A program made the position numbers and the translations under genes. From an uncultured Bacillaceae bacterium (GTDB lineage Bacteria > Bacillota > Bacilli > Bacillales > Cytobacillaceae): a stretch of 64,000 nt of DNA. Each line of letters starts with the position of its first letter. Position 1 is the first letter of the stretch. The notes under the pieces were generated by a model. That model was not told the DNA's origin, searched no databases, and saw only the letters and a program-made list of their open reading frames with translations. The stretch spans positions 33,676-97,675 of the forward strand of contig CAVXVN010000013.1 of NCBI GenBank assembly GCA_963765265.1, given 5' to 3'. Shown in pieces: positions 51,922 to 62,330 of this stretch.

Positions 51922-52559
51922 GCAACCTTCAAATAATCGGCATTTTGCTTACCGCCGGCTTTAGTCGCCGAATGGGAATCAATAAACTTTCCTTGCCTCT
52001 TGGATCGTCAAATATTGGCAGTTTATGTCTAACCGCAGCTGTTCAATCCATGCTTGATCATGTACTCGTTGTTAAAAAGAAAGGGGATTCATTAGACTGG
52101 ATTGATTCCCGTTTAAAGGAAGAGGATTGGAAAAGTCGTTGGACAGCATGTACATGCGAAAATTCCCCAATAGGGCAGGCTTATTCTTTAAAAGCCGGTA
52201 TGAGAGAAGCGATAAAACTTGAGGCAGATGCAGTCGTTATGTTATTAGGGGATCAACCCTTTTTGACATCAAAATGGATGGATGAGATGATCCACACCTA
52301 TCGGAGGGCAATCGAACTTGGGGGATCACCTGATTTTGTTGCAGCAGAATTCGATGGATTGAAAAGACCACCTGTATTATTTTCAAAAAGTGTTTTTACG
52401 AAACTATTGGAACTAAACGGTGACCATGGAGGCCGTCATCTTATAAGAAATGACAGGCATTCTGGTATTACGATACCCTGTGAGGATCAGACAGCATTTT
52501 TTGATATTGATACAAAAGAAGATTATCAAAAAGCGCTGAAGGTGGGGAGTGAGGGTTGA
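51918..52559 (+). CDS. pucB: Molybdenum cofactor cytidylyltransferase (MocA-like)
   Basis: LTAGFSRRMG.NKL, LGDQP, PPVLF, GDHGGR, DIDT. Confidence 0.85.
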   Translation: MSNLQIIGILLTAGFSRRMGINKLSLPLGSSNIGSLCLTAAVQSMLDHVLVVKKKGDSLDWIDSRLKEEDWKSRWTACTCENSPIGQAYSLKAGMREAIKLEADAVVMLLGDQPFLTSKWMDEMIHTYRRAIELGGSPDFVAAEFDGLKRPPVLFSKSVFTKLLELNGDHGGRHLIRNDRHSGITIPCEDQTAFFDIDTKEDYQKALKVGSEG

Positions 52560-53422
52560 ATATGAGGATATTGGAAACAAAAGTATGGTCGCCAAAAGAT
52601 ATAGGGGAAGCATGGGATATGAAGGTATCCTTACAGGATCATTCTGTTTTTATTGCTGGAGGAACATTCCTGCAGACAAAATGGGAAAAGGGAGTACCGT
52701 ATCCACGTCACTTAATAAATCTTGGAGAGATAAGGGAATACAATCAGATTTATTCGAAGCTGGAGAATCATTCCTATACGATTCATATCGGTGCTTTCGT
52801 CAAATTAGCAGAATGCAAGGATCATCCGCTGATAAAAGAAACATTTTCTTTATTATCCGACACCATAGGAACGATTGCCGCACCTGCCGTTCGAAATGTA
52901 GGAACGATCGGTGGGAATATTGCTAATCGTACGGGTGATACCATTCCCGTTTTATTAGCATTGGATGCAGAAGTCACTTATTTTAATGGAGGGGAAATAA
53001 AAAGAGAGCGATTAGAGAACTGGCTGCAAAGGAACGAGGATTCTCTTGTATTGGAGATGATCCTGACCGAGCGAAAAACATCTTTTAGAAATCACCAATT
53101 TTCTAAAAAGGTTGGACGAAGGGAGGCTTTTTCACCTTCTGTTGTTACCATAGCCGGAGTGCTTTCGATCGATGAGAATAAGGTTTCATTTATCCGTATC
53201 GCAGCTGGGGGTGGGGACACTGCGCCAAGAAGATTGAAAAAAACCGAAAGGCTATTAAACAATCAATTAGTGGATACCATCCATACCCAACAAATCTATG
53301 AACAACTATTAAAGGAATACGAGCCGGTTCCAGATGCTTTTTTTACAGTGGACTATCGGCGAAAAGTGGCCGCCAACCTTTTTATGATGGAATGGGAAAA
53401 CTGGAGGGAAGAAAATGGTTAA
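52556..53422 (+). CDS. pucC: Xanthine dehydrogenase FAD subunit
   Basis: IAGGT, IAAPAVRNVGTIGGN, KVGRR. Confidence 0.88.
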   Translation: MNMRILETKVWSPKDIGEAWDMKVSLQDHSVFIAGGTFLQTKWEKGVPYPRHLINLGEIREYNQIYSKLENHSYTIHIGAFVKLAECKDHPLIKETFSLLSDTIGTIAAPAVRNVGTIGGNIANRTGDTIPVLLALDAEVTYFNGGEIKRERLENWLQRNEDSLVLEMILTERKTSFRNHQFSKKVGRREAFSPSVVTIAGVLSIDENKVSFIRIAAGGGDTAPRRLKKTERLLNNQLVDTIHTQQIYEQLLKEYEPVPDAFFTVDYRRKVAANLFMMEWENWREENG

Positions 53423-55676
53423 TCATACGTCAAGTAATTTAAAATCATCCCGTATCCGTCCTGATGGAATCGAAAAAGTGACGGGAAGTTTATCCTATTT
53501 AACAGATTTGCATTTTCCAGAAATGCTTTACGGAAAGGTTTTACGGAGTAAGTATCCGCACGCAAAAATTCTAAGCATTTCGGTGGAAAAAGCGGAACAG
53601 ATTCCGGGTGTCAAGGCCGTTATTATGAGTAAGGATGTCCCTGGTCTCAATGGGTTTGGCCTGATTTTTCCAGATCAACCGGTATTTTGTGATACAATCG
53701 TGCGTTATGTAGGAGATGCGATTGCTGCTGTTGCTGCTGTAACGCCGGAAATTGCAGAAAAAGCCCTCCAATTGATTGAAGTGGAATATGAACCGCTCCC
53801 CATCATTGAAGATCCCGAAGAAGCACTCGACCCCTTTAGCATTCCCCTTCATCCAAACGGTAATGTACTTCACCATGCCTCTTATGTGAACGGAAATGTC
53901 AAGGAAACGTTTCCGGTATGTGATGTAATCGTCGAAGAAACGTATTTACTACCGCGGCAATTGCATGCCTATATGGAAACAGAAGGCGGAGTCTTTGTCC
54001 CAGAGGAAGATGGCAGATTAACGGTTTATGCCGGAACGCAACACGGGTACAAAGATCGGTTTCAATTGGCTCGTATCTTAAAAATACCTGAAACACAGAT
54101 TCGAGTCATCTCAAGTCCGATGGGCGGGTCCTTTGGAGGAAAAGATGAATTGAATATCCAGCCATATGGGGCCATATTAGCACTCAAAACCGGATGTCCG
54201 GTAAAAATTCATCAATCCAGACGCGATTCTATTAGATCAAGTATCAAAAAACACCCTATGAAGATAACCATGAAAACAGGTGCGGCTAAAACAGGGAAAA
54301 TTCTTGCGCACCAGACAAAAATCATCGCAGATACGGGTGCGTATGCAACGCTTGGACCAGCAGTGCTTGATTTTGCGGTAGAACATGCAGCTGGTCCATA
54401 CGTGATTCCGAATATAGAAACGGAAGGGTACTCCATCTTTACCAATAATGGTGTATCGGGTGAGTTCCGAGGGTTTGGCGGAAACCAGATTACATTTGCT
54501 TTGGAGGGACAAATCGACCGATTAGCCGATCAAATTGGTCTTTGTCCACTTGAGATGAGAAGGATCAATCTCCGTAAACCTACTGATTTAGGTCCTGTCG
54601 GTCAAGAAATTGCTCCAACAGAGGGAGATTCTCTTGTTTTAAATGAGATTTCCAAGTCTCCTTTACTGAAAATGGAAAAAGAAAACAAAAAGGAAAGCTG
54701 GAAGAAAATTGGTATTGGGGCAGCGATCACCATGCATGGAGGCGGTCTAGGATTCGGGAGATTAGATCCTGCTGGAGGGGAAATATCTTTAAATAAAGCC
54801 GGCAAAATAGAAATTGCTTTTGGGTTTGAAGAAATCGGCCAAGGTCTTTTAGCTGTAATAGAGACTTTAACCACGAAGGAAATAGGTTGTTCCCTTGCGG
54901 ACCTTGAAATTGTGATAGGAGATACAGATAAAGTCCCGTCCTCCGGCTCTTCAACTGCATCACGAGGAACGAGTATGGTATGGCATAGCCTGCAGCGGCT
55001 AAAAGGTCCATTTATTGAAAAAATGCTAGAGAAGGCTTCGGCAACTTCAGGTTATCCAAAGGAACAATTAGTTCTTGGTGCAAACGGTGTCTGGCTGCGT
55101 GATCAACCGGTAGAAAAAATGGCGGTTACCTATAAACAGCTTTCCGATGAAACGAAGGATCAATCGATTAGAGTAGAGACTATATTCGACTTTCCGACAA
55201 CGCCCGATGCCATCCCAGGTGGACATTTTTTATATTCGTTTGCTGCAGTGGCAGTAAAAGTAGAAGTGGATCTTTTAACAGGTACGGTAAAAGTCATCGA
55301 TATTGACCAAGCGGTATCCGCAGGTCCGGTTGTGAATCCGAATGGTTATTTGGGCCAAATAGAAGGGGGAACGATCATGGCTCTCGGCTATACCCTTTTA
55401 GAAGAAGCACGGATGATCCAAGGCAAATATGTAACGGAAAACTTTGACACCTATATGATACCAGGGATTGGGGACATTCCAACCAATATGCATGTGAAGG
55501 CAATGGAAGAATTATGGGAAGGTGATTCATACGGACCAAGGGGGGTTGGGGAAATTGGAACGGTAGCACTTGCCCCTGCGATTGCAAGAGCTATTTATAA
55601 CGCAACCGGTCATTGGATAACGAAATTGCCAGTTTCTCGAGAAGAGATTCTGCAAACAAGGGAGCCAATCGTATGA
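53415..55676 (+). CDS. pucD: Xanthine dehydrogenase molybdopterin subunit
   Basis: MGGSFGGK, FRGFG, GQIEGG, GVGEIG. Confidence 0.92.
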   Translation: MVNHTSSNLKSSRIRPDGIEKVTGSLSYLTDLHFPEMLYGKVLRSKYPHAKILSISVEKAEQIPGVKAVIMSKDVPGLNGFGLIFPDQPVFCDTIVRYVGDAIAAVAAVTPEIAEKALQLIEVEYEPLPIIEDPEEALDPFSIPLHPNGNVLHHASYVNGNVKETFPVCDVIVEETYLLPRQLHAYMETEGGVFVPEEDGRLTVYAGTQHGYKDRFQLARILKIPETQIRVISSPMGGSFGGKDELNIQPYGAILALKTGCPVKIHQSRRDSIRSSIKKHPMKITMKTGAAKTGKILAHQTKIIADTGAYATLGPAVLDFAVEHAAGPYVIPNIETEGYSIFTNNGVSGEFRGFGGNQITFALEGQIDRLADQIGLCPLEMRRINLRKPTDLGPVGQEIAPTEGDSLVLNEISKSPLLKMEKENKKESWKKIGIGAAITMHGGGLGFGRLDPAGGEISLNKAGKIEIAFGFEEIGQGLLAVIETLTTKEIGCSLADLEIVIGDTDKVPSSGSSTASRGTSMVWHSLQRLKGPFIEKMLEKASATSGYPKEQLVLGANGVWLRDQPVEKMAVTYKQLSDETKDQSIRVETIFDFPTTPDAIPGGHFLYSFAAVAVKVEVDLLTGTVKVIDIDQAVSAGPVVNPNGYLGQIEGGTIMALGYTLLEEARMIQGKYVTENFDTYMIPGIGDIPTNMHVKAMEELWEGDSYGPRGVGEIGTVALAPAIARAIYNATGHWITKLPVSREEILQTREPIV

Positions 55677-56167
55677 TCGAAAAACAGAAAATAAATCAAG
55701 TGCAAATCATAAACATTTCCCTACTTGTGAACGGACAGGAACAAAAACTGCAAGTGGAAGCAACAAAGCGCCTTGTAGACATTTTGAGGGAGGATTTAAC
55801 TTTAACAGGGACGAAAATTTCGTGTGAAATTGGCCGCTGTGGTGCATGCTCGGTGATAATGGATGGGAAACTGGTAAACGCTTGTTTAATCCGGGCTTAC
55901 CAATTAGATGAGAAGGAAATTGTGACCATTGAAGCATTAAGTCAAAATGGATTGCACCCGATTCAGAAGGCTTTTCTTGAAGAAGGAGGATTTCAATGTG
56001 GTTATTGTACACCGGGAATGATTATGGCGGTAAAAGTCCTGCTTGAGGAGAACCCAGTGCCGGATGATGAGCAAATTCTCGATGCTTTATCCGGGAATCT
56101 TTGCCGTTGCACAGGCTATGGCGGGATTATCAGGAGTATTCAAAAACTGATTCAGTCTACACCTTAA
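55673..56167 (+). CDS. pucE: Xanthine dehydrogenase 2Fe-2S subunit
   Basis: CEIGRCGACS, QCGYCTPG, NLCRCTGY; ATGA overlap with pucD. Confidence 0.92.
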   Translation: MIEKQKINQVQIINISLLVNGQEQKLQVEATKRLVDILREDLTLTGTKISCEIGRCGACSVIMDGKLVNACLIRAYQLDEKEIVTIEALSQNGLHPIQKAFLEEGGFQCGYCTPGMIMAVKVLLEENPVPDDEQILDALSGNLCRCTGYGGIIRSIQKLIQSTP

Positions 56168-56189
56168 TCATTTACTTGAAATTGATAAC

Positions 56190-56240
56190 AACACCCGCAC
56201 ACTCGTGACTTCAGTCGTGAGTGTGCGGGTGTATTTTTTG
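56190..56240 (+). terminator. Terminator hairpin after pucE
   Basis: ACACCCGCACACTCGTGAC-TTCA-GTCGTGAGTGTGCGGGTGT + T run. Confidence 0.8.
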
Positions 56241-56515
56241 TTAAAAATTATTTAGTTTTAGTTCACAGAATACCACCGTTGATGGTGTACTCACTAGATA
56301 TGAAAACCTTCATTTAATTGCACAACTGCGACATGAACATAATCCCAGAAAATTAGCCGAAAGTCTGTTAGAAAAGTTTGATCATTTTCTACCTGTGTTA
56401 CTCAACAATCAGGCGCTCGATTGTTGAGTAACCTTACTTATACTTATTTTCTACATATATCCCACAAACTGGTTAGTGGGTATATACCATTTGAAAAAGA
56501 CACTAATCTTGAATT

Positions 56516-56705
56516 TTATTTATTGGTAGATACTTGATCCCAAACGCGTTCAGCTATTTTAATTGCGTGTTTTATCTTATTCCATTGGTCCTCTTCTGTT
56601 AAAACATTTCCCTCCTCCGAACTAGCAAATCCGCATTGAGGACTTATTGCTAAGTTTTCTAAAGGAATATATTGACTTGCTTCTTTAATCTTTTCTTTAT
56701 GATGA
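56516..56705 (-). pseudogene. C-terminal fragment of a YxjG/YxjH-type MetE-like gene
   Basis: IKEASQYIPLENLAISPQCGFASSEEGN.LTEEDQWNK. Confidence 0.75.
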
Positions 56706-56840
56706 AAATGCCAGTCATTTATACCAAGTTCAGTTCCCATAATGGCACAATTTCCGTATTGGGCCATGAACTATAGATCTGGGAATCAGAAGATCTGTCC
56801 CTTTGCGCCTTACTTTGGGATTGCCATGCAGTTACCGATC

Positions 56841-57539
56841 CTATAGATTGGTTATTTGCCAATCAATTTCCTCACTCCCCATTTTCCGTAAAAAAGCATT
56901 GGTTTGAGAAAACGGCTTGCTGCCAAAGAATCCTTTATTAGCAGAAAAAGGGCTTGGGTGTGGTGTTTTAATAATCAAATGCTTAGAGGAAGTAATCAGT
57001 TGTTGTTTTTGTTGGGCAAAACGTCCCCAAAGGATAAACACAACAGGTGTCTCTCTTTCATTTAATGTTTCGATGACTTTGTCAGTGAACATTTCCCAAC
57101 CAAGCGCTTTATGTGAGTTTGGGATTCCAGCCTGGACGGTTAATACAGCATTAAGCAACAATACCCCTTGCTTCGTCCATTCCACCAAGTAACCATGATT
57201 CGGGATATAGCATCCCAAATCAGCCTGCAGTTCTTTATAAATATTTTTCAAAGAGGGCGGAATTCTAACATCCTGTTTAACAGAAAAACTTAAACCATGT
57301 GCCTGTCCAGAGCCATGATAGGGATCTTGACCAATAATAACTACTTTCGTGTCTTTAAAAGAAGTAAAGTGCAACGCATTATAGATATCATTTTTATCCG
57401 GATAAATTATTTTCTTTTGGTACTCTTCCTGCAAAACTTTTCTCAATTGTTGATAATACGATTTCTCGAATTCTCCTTCAAGTAAAGATGCCCAGTCATT
57501 TATTAAAGTTACCACTTCTATGCACACACCCGTTTCCAT
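56841..57539 (-). CDS. ung: Uracil-DNA glycosylase
   Basis: GQDPYH, AHGLSFS, PPSL, LLLN, HPSPFS. Confidence 0.95.
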   Translation of the reverse strand: METGVCIEVVTLINDWASLLEGEFEKSYYQQLRKVLQEEYQKKIIYPDKNDIYNALHFTSFKDTKVVIIGQDPYHGSGQAHGLSFSVKQDVRIPPSLKNIYKELQADLGCYIPNHGYLVEWTKQGVLLLNAVLTVQAGIPNSHKALGWEMFTDKVIETLNERETPVVFILWGRFAQQKQQLITSSKHLIIKTPHPSPFSANKGFFGSKPFSQTNAFLRKMGSEEIDWQITNL

Positions 57540-57897
57540 TATTACTTAGATTATTTATATTATATAAGAAAGGCCGATTAAAACAAAACAGGTCTGCATT
57601 AAATGTAATATGGTACCGTGATATGCTCCCTTAACACCATAAGATTAAAGAAGCTGTCGTAACAGTCCAACTAAGTTCATTTGTCGAATCTCAAGTTGTT
57701 TGGAGTAGTAATGACAGTGAGCAACGTTAATGGAATCGGGTGTTTTGTCCCGTGTAGACAGGGGAGGGACGGTCCTCATGATTAATTATTGTGGTGGTTG
57801 GCTTTTTTTGAAAGATTTATAGGAAATTTGTACAAGCATAAATTTCACACCAACATATACAAAATATAAGAAATTAGAAATATTAGGAGTTGGAACA

Positions 57898-58512
57898 TTG
57901 GAAAGGATTCTTGCCATTTCAGATATTCATGGACAAGCGGATGCATTGGAACGTTTGCTAATACATGCAAATTATCATCCAAGCAAGGATCGTTTGGTTC
58001 TTCTTGGAGACTACATCGGCAAAGGTCCAAATAGTCTGGAAACACTCGAATTGGTAGAAAAATACGTACAAAATGGGGCTATTGCGTTGAGGGGGAATCA
58101 TGAACAACGAGCCATTGAACAATGCGAGAAAGGGGACCAATATTGGAAATATCTTTCATTTCTCAAATCCCTACCATATTGGTTTGAAGACTCAGCGTTT
58201 TTGTTTGTTCATGCAGGGATCCGCCCAGGAATTCCCCTTAAAGGGCAAAATCCTAAAGATTTAATCACCATTCGAAAATCCTTCTTAGACAAATCGTTTC
58301 CATTTGAGAAAACGATTGTTTTTGGACATACGCCAACCGATCGGCTAGGTATATCTTGTGGTAACCTATGGGTCAATCAAAATAAAATAGGCATTGACAC
58401 AGGTGCAGGTCATGGACAGTACCTTAGCTTAGTGGACCTAACCAATCGGCTTCAGTACCGAATTTCAGTTGAAGGAAAGAACAAGGATCTACCTATTAAG
58501 GTAGCATTTTAA
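57898..58512 (+). CDS. Metallophosphoesterase (PPP/PrpA-like)
   Basis: DIHG, GDYIGKG, RGNHE, HAG, FGHTP, IDTG. Confidence 0.88.
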   Translation: MERILAISDIHGQADALERLLIHANYHPSKDRLVLLGDYIGKGPNSLETLELVEKYVQNGAIALRGNHEQRAIEQCEKGDQYWKYLSFLKSLPYWFEDSAFLFVHAGIRPGIPLKGQNPKDLITIRKSFLDKSFPFEKTIVFGHTPTDRLGISCGNLWVNQNKIGIDTGAGHGQYLSLVDLTNRLQYRISVEGKNKDLPIKVAF

Positions 58513-58738
58513 TCGGTTTGAGTTTTGGTGCTTAGTAGATTGATAAAATAAGATAAAAATCCATGGGGGACTTGTCCCATCCTACTTGACTATAAAGACA
58601 TGGTTATTCATGCTAGTATTGAATGATCATTTCTTTTTTTGGTTATCCAGAAGGGGACTGAAGTTAAGATTATTACCGTTTATTGCTTTTTGTGGTATGA
58701 TTCTTTGAATGCAACTATTACATAAAAGGAACTTTTTA

Positions 58739-59959
58739 ATGAAAAAAACAGGTCAAATCACGCTTGTGAGTATGGTTATTATGATTGAATTAATTCAAGC
58801 TCTATTTTTAGGTGAATTTTTAAAAAGAGATAGTATTCATTTATTAATAGCAGTAGTTATAGCTTTGTGTGTTGGTAGGCAATATGACAAAATGAAGTTT
58901 TATACTGAGAGAATGAAAGCAAGTGAAGAGTATTATAAACAATTAATTGAAACGATACCGGATGCTATTTTCATCTACTCTCAAAATGTGTGCCTTTATG
59001 TAAATAAAGCTGGAATGGATATACTTGGCGCTCAAAAGAAAGAGGATATTTTGGGTAAATACATCTACGACTTTATTGATCTTCATTATCAAGAATTAGC
59101 AATAAAACGCTTGAAACAGCTTCGTGAAGAAAACAAACCAACGAATAGTGTGGAGCAAAAACTAATACGCCTTGACAAAAAAACAATTTTTGTTGAAATC
59201 TCCAGTCGTTCCATTATATATGAGGGTAAAGAAGCCACATTATCAACGGTTAAGGATATTACCGATAAAAAGGAGACAACAGACGGTCTTCTTCAAAAAT
59301 CAGAAAAACTGGCGCTTGTAGGACAACTGGCTGCAGGGATTGCTCATGAAATTCGAAATCCACTTACTTCTATCAAAGGATTTATTCAGTTATTCAAATC
59401 TAAATATACAAATGAAGAAGAGTATTTCAATCTTGTCTTATCGGAGTTAGAACGAATTAATCTTATTGTGGGTGAATTTTTAGTATTAGCAAAACCAACG
59501 GCTGTCGTTTTTAAAGAAAAAGAAATTAAAAATTTACTAAATGATGTTGTGACTCTGATCAACACGCAAGCCATTATGAATAATATTCAAATCTTTGTAG
59601 AATTTGAATCAGATATTCCTATGATTGTGTGTGAAGAAAATCAATTAAAACAAGTATTTATCAATATTTTGAAGAATTCCATTGAAGCCATGCCAACTGG
59701 TGGCACGATTGATGTAAAGGTAAAAGTAAAGGAAAAAGACAAAGTCTCCATTTGTTTTATTGATCAAGGCTCTGGTATTCCGGAAGACCGGATTCCAACA
59801 CTGGGTGAACCTTTTTATACAACAAAAGAAAAAGGAACAGGTTTGGGATTAATGACCAGTTATAAAATTATTGAAAGCCATGATGGGGAACTAAGAATCT
59901 CTAGCAAAATAAATGAGGGAACCATGGTTGAAGTTATTTTACCTATGCCTTCTCAGTAG
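58739..59959 (+). CDS. Membrane PAS sensor histidine kinase (sporulation-kinase-like, orphan)
   Basis: Two TM helices, PAS, AHEIRNPL, NSIEA, DQGSG, FYTTK.KGTGLGL. Confidence 0.9.
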   Translation: MKKTGQITLVSMVIMIELIQALFLGEFLKRDSIHLLIAVVIALCVGRQYDKMKFYTERMKASEEYYKQLIETIPDAIFIYSQNVCLYVNKAGMDILGAQKKEDILGKYIYDFIDLHYQELAIKRLKQLREENKPTNSVEQKLIRLDKKTIFVEISSRSIIYEGKEATLSTVKDITDKKETTDGLLQKSEKLALVGQLAAGIAHEIRNPLTSIKGFIQLFKSKYTNEEEYFNLVLSELERINLIVGEFLVLAKPTAVVFKEKEIKNLLNDVVTLINTQAIMNNIQIFVEFESDIPMIVCEENQLKQVFINILKNSIEAMPTGGTIDVKVKVKEKDKVSICFIDQGSGIPEDRIPTLGEPFYTTKEKGTGLGLMTSYKIIESHDGELRISSKINEGTMVEVILPMPSQ

Positions 59960-59960
59960 A

Positions 59961-60641
59961 TTAGTCCCCCGGTGCAGTGAAGCATTACTATACCGGGGGA
60001 CTGACCTTTTATCCCCAAAATACACCCCTTTCTGATTATGTATTCATTATTACGAAACAGGAACATAAGTTTGATAATTTTAAAAGCACTTCATTCCTCT
60101 CGACACTTAAAGGAGTGGGCATCCTGGAGCTAAATTCTGTGAAATAAGATTTTTCGAGGCGTACCAGACACGAAATCTAATGAATAAGAACTTTCCTAGA
60201 CGAATATATTACATGAGGTCATTATAAAGGAGTGGTTTTACTTTATGGCAAAAATGATTATTATGTATGAACAACCAAAGGATAAGATTGGATTCGAAAA
60301 GCATTATTTTGATGTTCATGTTCCCCTCGGTAAGAAGATCCCTAATATTATCAATAACTCCATACACCATATCATTCAATCTCAAAATACAAGCCTCGAC
60401 TTATACCTAATGACCATACTAGAATTTGAAAATATGGAAAAGCTAATGGAAGCCTTTGCAAGCCCAGAAGCAAGAGCTGCGGAAGAAGATGGCGTAAATC
60501 TTTTCAAATATATTAATCCGCCAATTATAACGATCGTTGAATAAGATAAAATGAACCTTGCTAGTCTTGAAAATATTTTTCGTCACATTACTCGCTGACC
60601 CCCAGTGTATTACTGTATTAACGCATCAGGGATCAGGCACC
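59961..60641. repeat. Two related REP-like palindromes (59961-60004 and 60595-60636) flanking ethD
   Basis: Both read ..CCCCCRGTG..ATTA..CRGGG.. with imperfect arms. Confidence 0.5.
60245..60544 (+). CDS. EthD-family protein
   Basis: Y..PKD..GFEKHYFDVHVPL..KIP, LEF....L..AFASPE. Confidence 0.85.
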   Translation: MAKMIIMYEQPKDKIGFEKHYFDVHVPLGKKIPNIINNSIHHIIQSQNTSLDLYLMTILEFENMEKLMEAFASPEARAAEEDGVNLFKYINPPIITIVE

Positions 60642-61030
60642 TTTTTCTCCAATAAATTTTGAATAATTGCTACATGGGTAGCTGTCAAGATCAAGGATTT
60701 CAAATATGAATAAATTTTGTTATAAAAAAGTTAATCGCATCACAGTATTTAAGGGCATGTTTTGAGTTAATTTTTTTTCGAAACATGCTTTTCTATTTGC
60801 TTTTGAAGAGGTTTACTGCGCTAATTCAATCAGATTTTATTTCAAATCTACAATAAAAAGGTGATGGATCCTAATTCCCTAATTTCTTCTGTTATCAATA
60901 CCCCAAAATAATTCATCAGTTCAAGCCACATGTTTAACCTTTACTTATCTCGATTTAATAATAATTTAATAAGGCTTATTGAATTAATAAATAGGTTTTT
61001 TTGTATATTTATATATTTCTGAAAATAGTA

Positions 61031-61059
61031 TTGCATTCTATTAAAAGAAAGAGTAGACT
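61031..61059 (+). promoter_or_regulatory. Putative sigmaA promoter of the riboswitch operon
   Basis: TTGCAT-N17-TAGACT. Confidence 0.5.
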
Positions 61060-61077
61060 TTATAATTATATTAATAT

Positions 61078-61170
61078 ATAAAATCGGGAGTCTGTGGAAT
61101 CAGGCTGAGAGTACGACTTATCTGTCGTAGACCGTTTGAACCTGTTGGGTAATGCCAGTGTAGGGAGTGA
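61078..61170 (+). ncRNA. TPP (THI-box) riboswitch aptamer
   Basis: GGGAGTCTG..CAGGCTGAGA, P3a GTACGAC/GTCGTA, GACC..TGAACCTG-TTGG-GTAATG-CCAG-TGTAGGGA. Confidence 0.9.
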
Positions 61171-61185
61171 CAAAAAGACTATTCT

Positions 61186-61220
61186 ATGCACTTTGCTTAT
61201 GCGAAGTGCATTTTATTTTG
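61186..61220 (+). terminator. Riboswitch expression-platform terminator
   Basis: ATGCACTTTGC-TTAT-GCGAAGTGCAT-TTTATTTT directly before the luxE-like RBS. Confidence 0.85.
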
Positions 61221-61241
61221 TTCTGAAAGGATTTGAAGCAG

Positions 61242-62330
61242 ATGAATCAGCAGCAAGACATTATAAAGGATCTTTCTCAATTTATAGAAAGGAATCCGTC
61301 CTCCGAAGATGATTTTAATGAACTCGCTTTACGGATTTTTTCTTACCAATATCAGAACAATCTTCCTTATCAAGCCTTTTGTAGACAAAAAGGAAAAACA
61401 CCAAGGCTTGTAAAAAATTGGAGGGACATTCCTTTTGTGCCAATTAATGCTTTTAAAGAGGTTCCCTTGACTTGTACAGATCCAGAAAAGGCACAAGCGG
61501 TTTTTATGACAAGTGGTACGACAAAAGGGATTCGAGGCAAACACTATCATTCAACTCTTGAAATAAGGGAACTTTCGATGATTGTAAATTTCAAAGAAAG
61601 ATTTATGAAAGATACAGAGAAAATTCGAATGGGCGTGCTATTTCCAACGGAAAGCGAACTGCCGAATTCATCATTGGCTCATTATTTAGCCCTTGGGGTG
61701 AAGGAGTTTGGAACCGAAGATAGCAGTTATTTATTAAATGAGAAGGGCTTAGACATGGAAAAAGTCATTAGTGAATTAGAGCATGCTGAAGAAACAGGAG
61801 AACCGTATGCTTTACTAGGGGCAAGCTATAGCTTTGTCCATCTCTTTGAGGAACTAGGAAAATTAGGGAAAACATTCTATTTACCAAAAGGAAGTATGGT
61901 CTTAGATACGGGCGGCTATAAAAATCAATCAAAAGAATTGGAAATCAATGAGTTTTATGACTTGCTATCAACGTATTTTGGTGTGGACAGAAGCGATTGT
62001 ATCAATATGTATGGAGTGACCGAGTTAAGCACTCAATTTTATGACGATGGAAATGAAGTCGTTCCATCTGTTAAGTCAGGACCAAACTGGATCAAAACGA
62101 GAGTCATCAATCCGTTAACAGGTGAAGAGGTTGCAAAGGGTGAACGTGGAGTTTTAGTGCATTGTGATTTAGCAAACTTTAATTCGGTGACAACGATCCT
62201 TACAGAGGACCTAGGAGTTGAAGTCGATGGTGGCTTTCTTTTATTAGGAAGGGTTCAAGGAGCAGAAGCGAGAGGGTGCTCGATTGCTGTTGAGGAGTTT
62301 ATCAATTTTGCGAAGGGCTCTTTGAAATGA
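61242..62330 (+). CDS. LuxE-like acyl-protein synthetase
   Basis: FMTSGTT P-loop, DTGGYK, YGVTE, ILTEDLG, C-terminal ARGCS acylation Cys. Confidence 0.85.
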   Translation: MNQQQDIIKDLSQFIERNPSSEDDFNELALRIFSYQYQNNLPYQAFCRQKGKTPRLVKNWRDIPFVPINAFKEVPLTCTDPEKAQAVFMTSGTTKGIRGKHYHSTLEIRELSMIVNFKERFMKDTEKIRMGVLFPTESELPNSSLAHYLALGVKEFGTEDSSYLLNEKGLDMEKVISELEHAEETGEPYALLGASYSFVHLFEELGKLGKTFYLPKGSMVLDTGGYKNQSKELEINEFYDLLSTYFGVDRSDCINMYGVTELSTQFYDDGNEVVPSVKSGPNWIKTRVINPLTGEEVAKGERGVLVHCDLANFNSVTTILTEDLGVEVDGGFLLLGRVQGAEARGCSIAVEEFINFAKGSLK

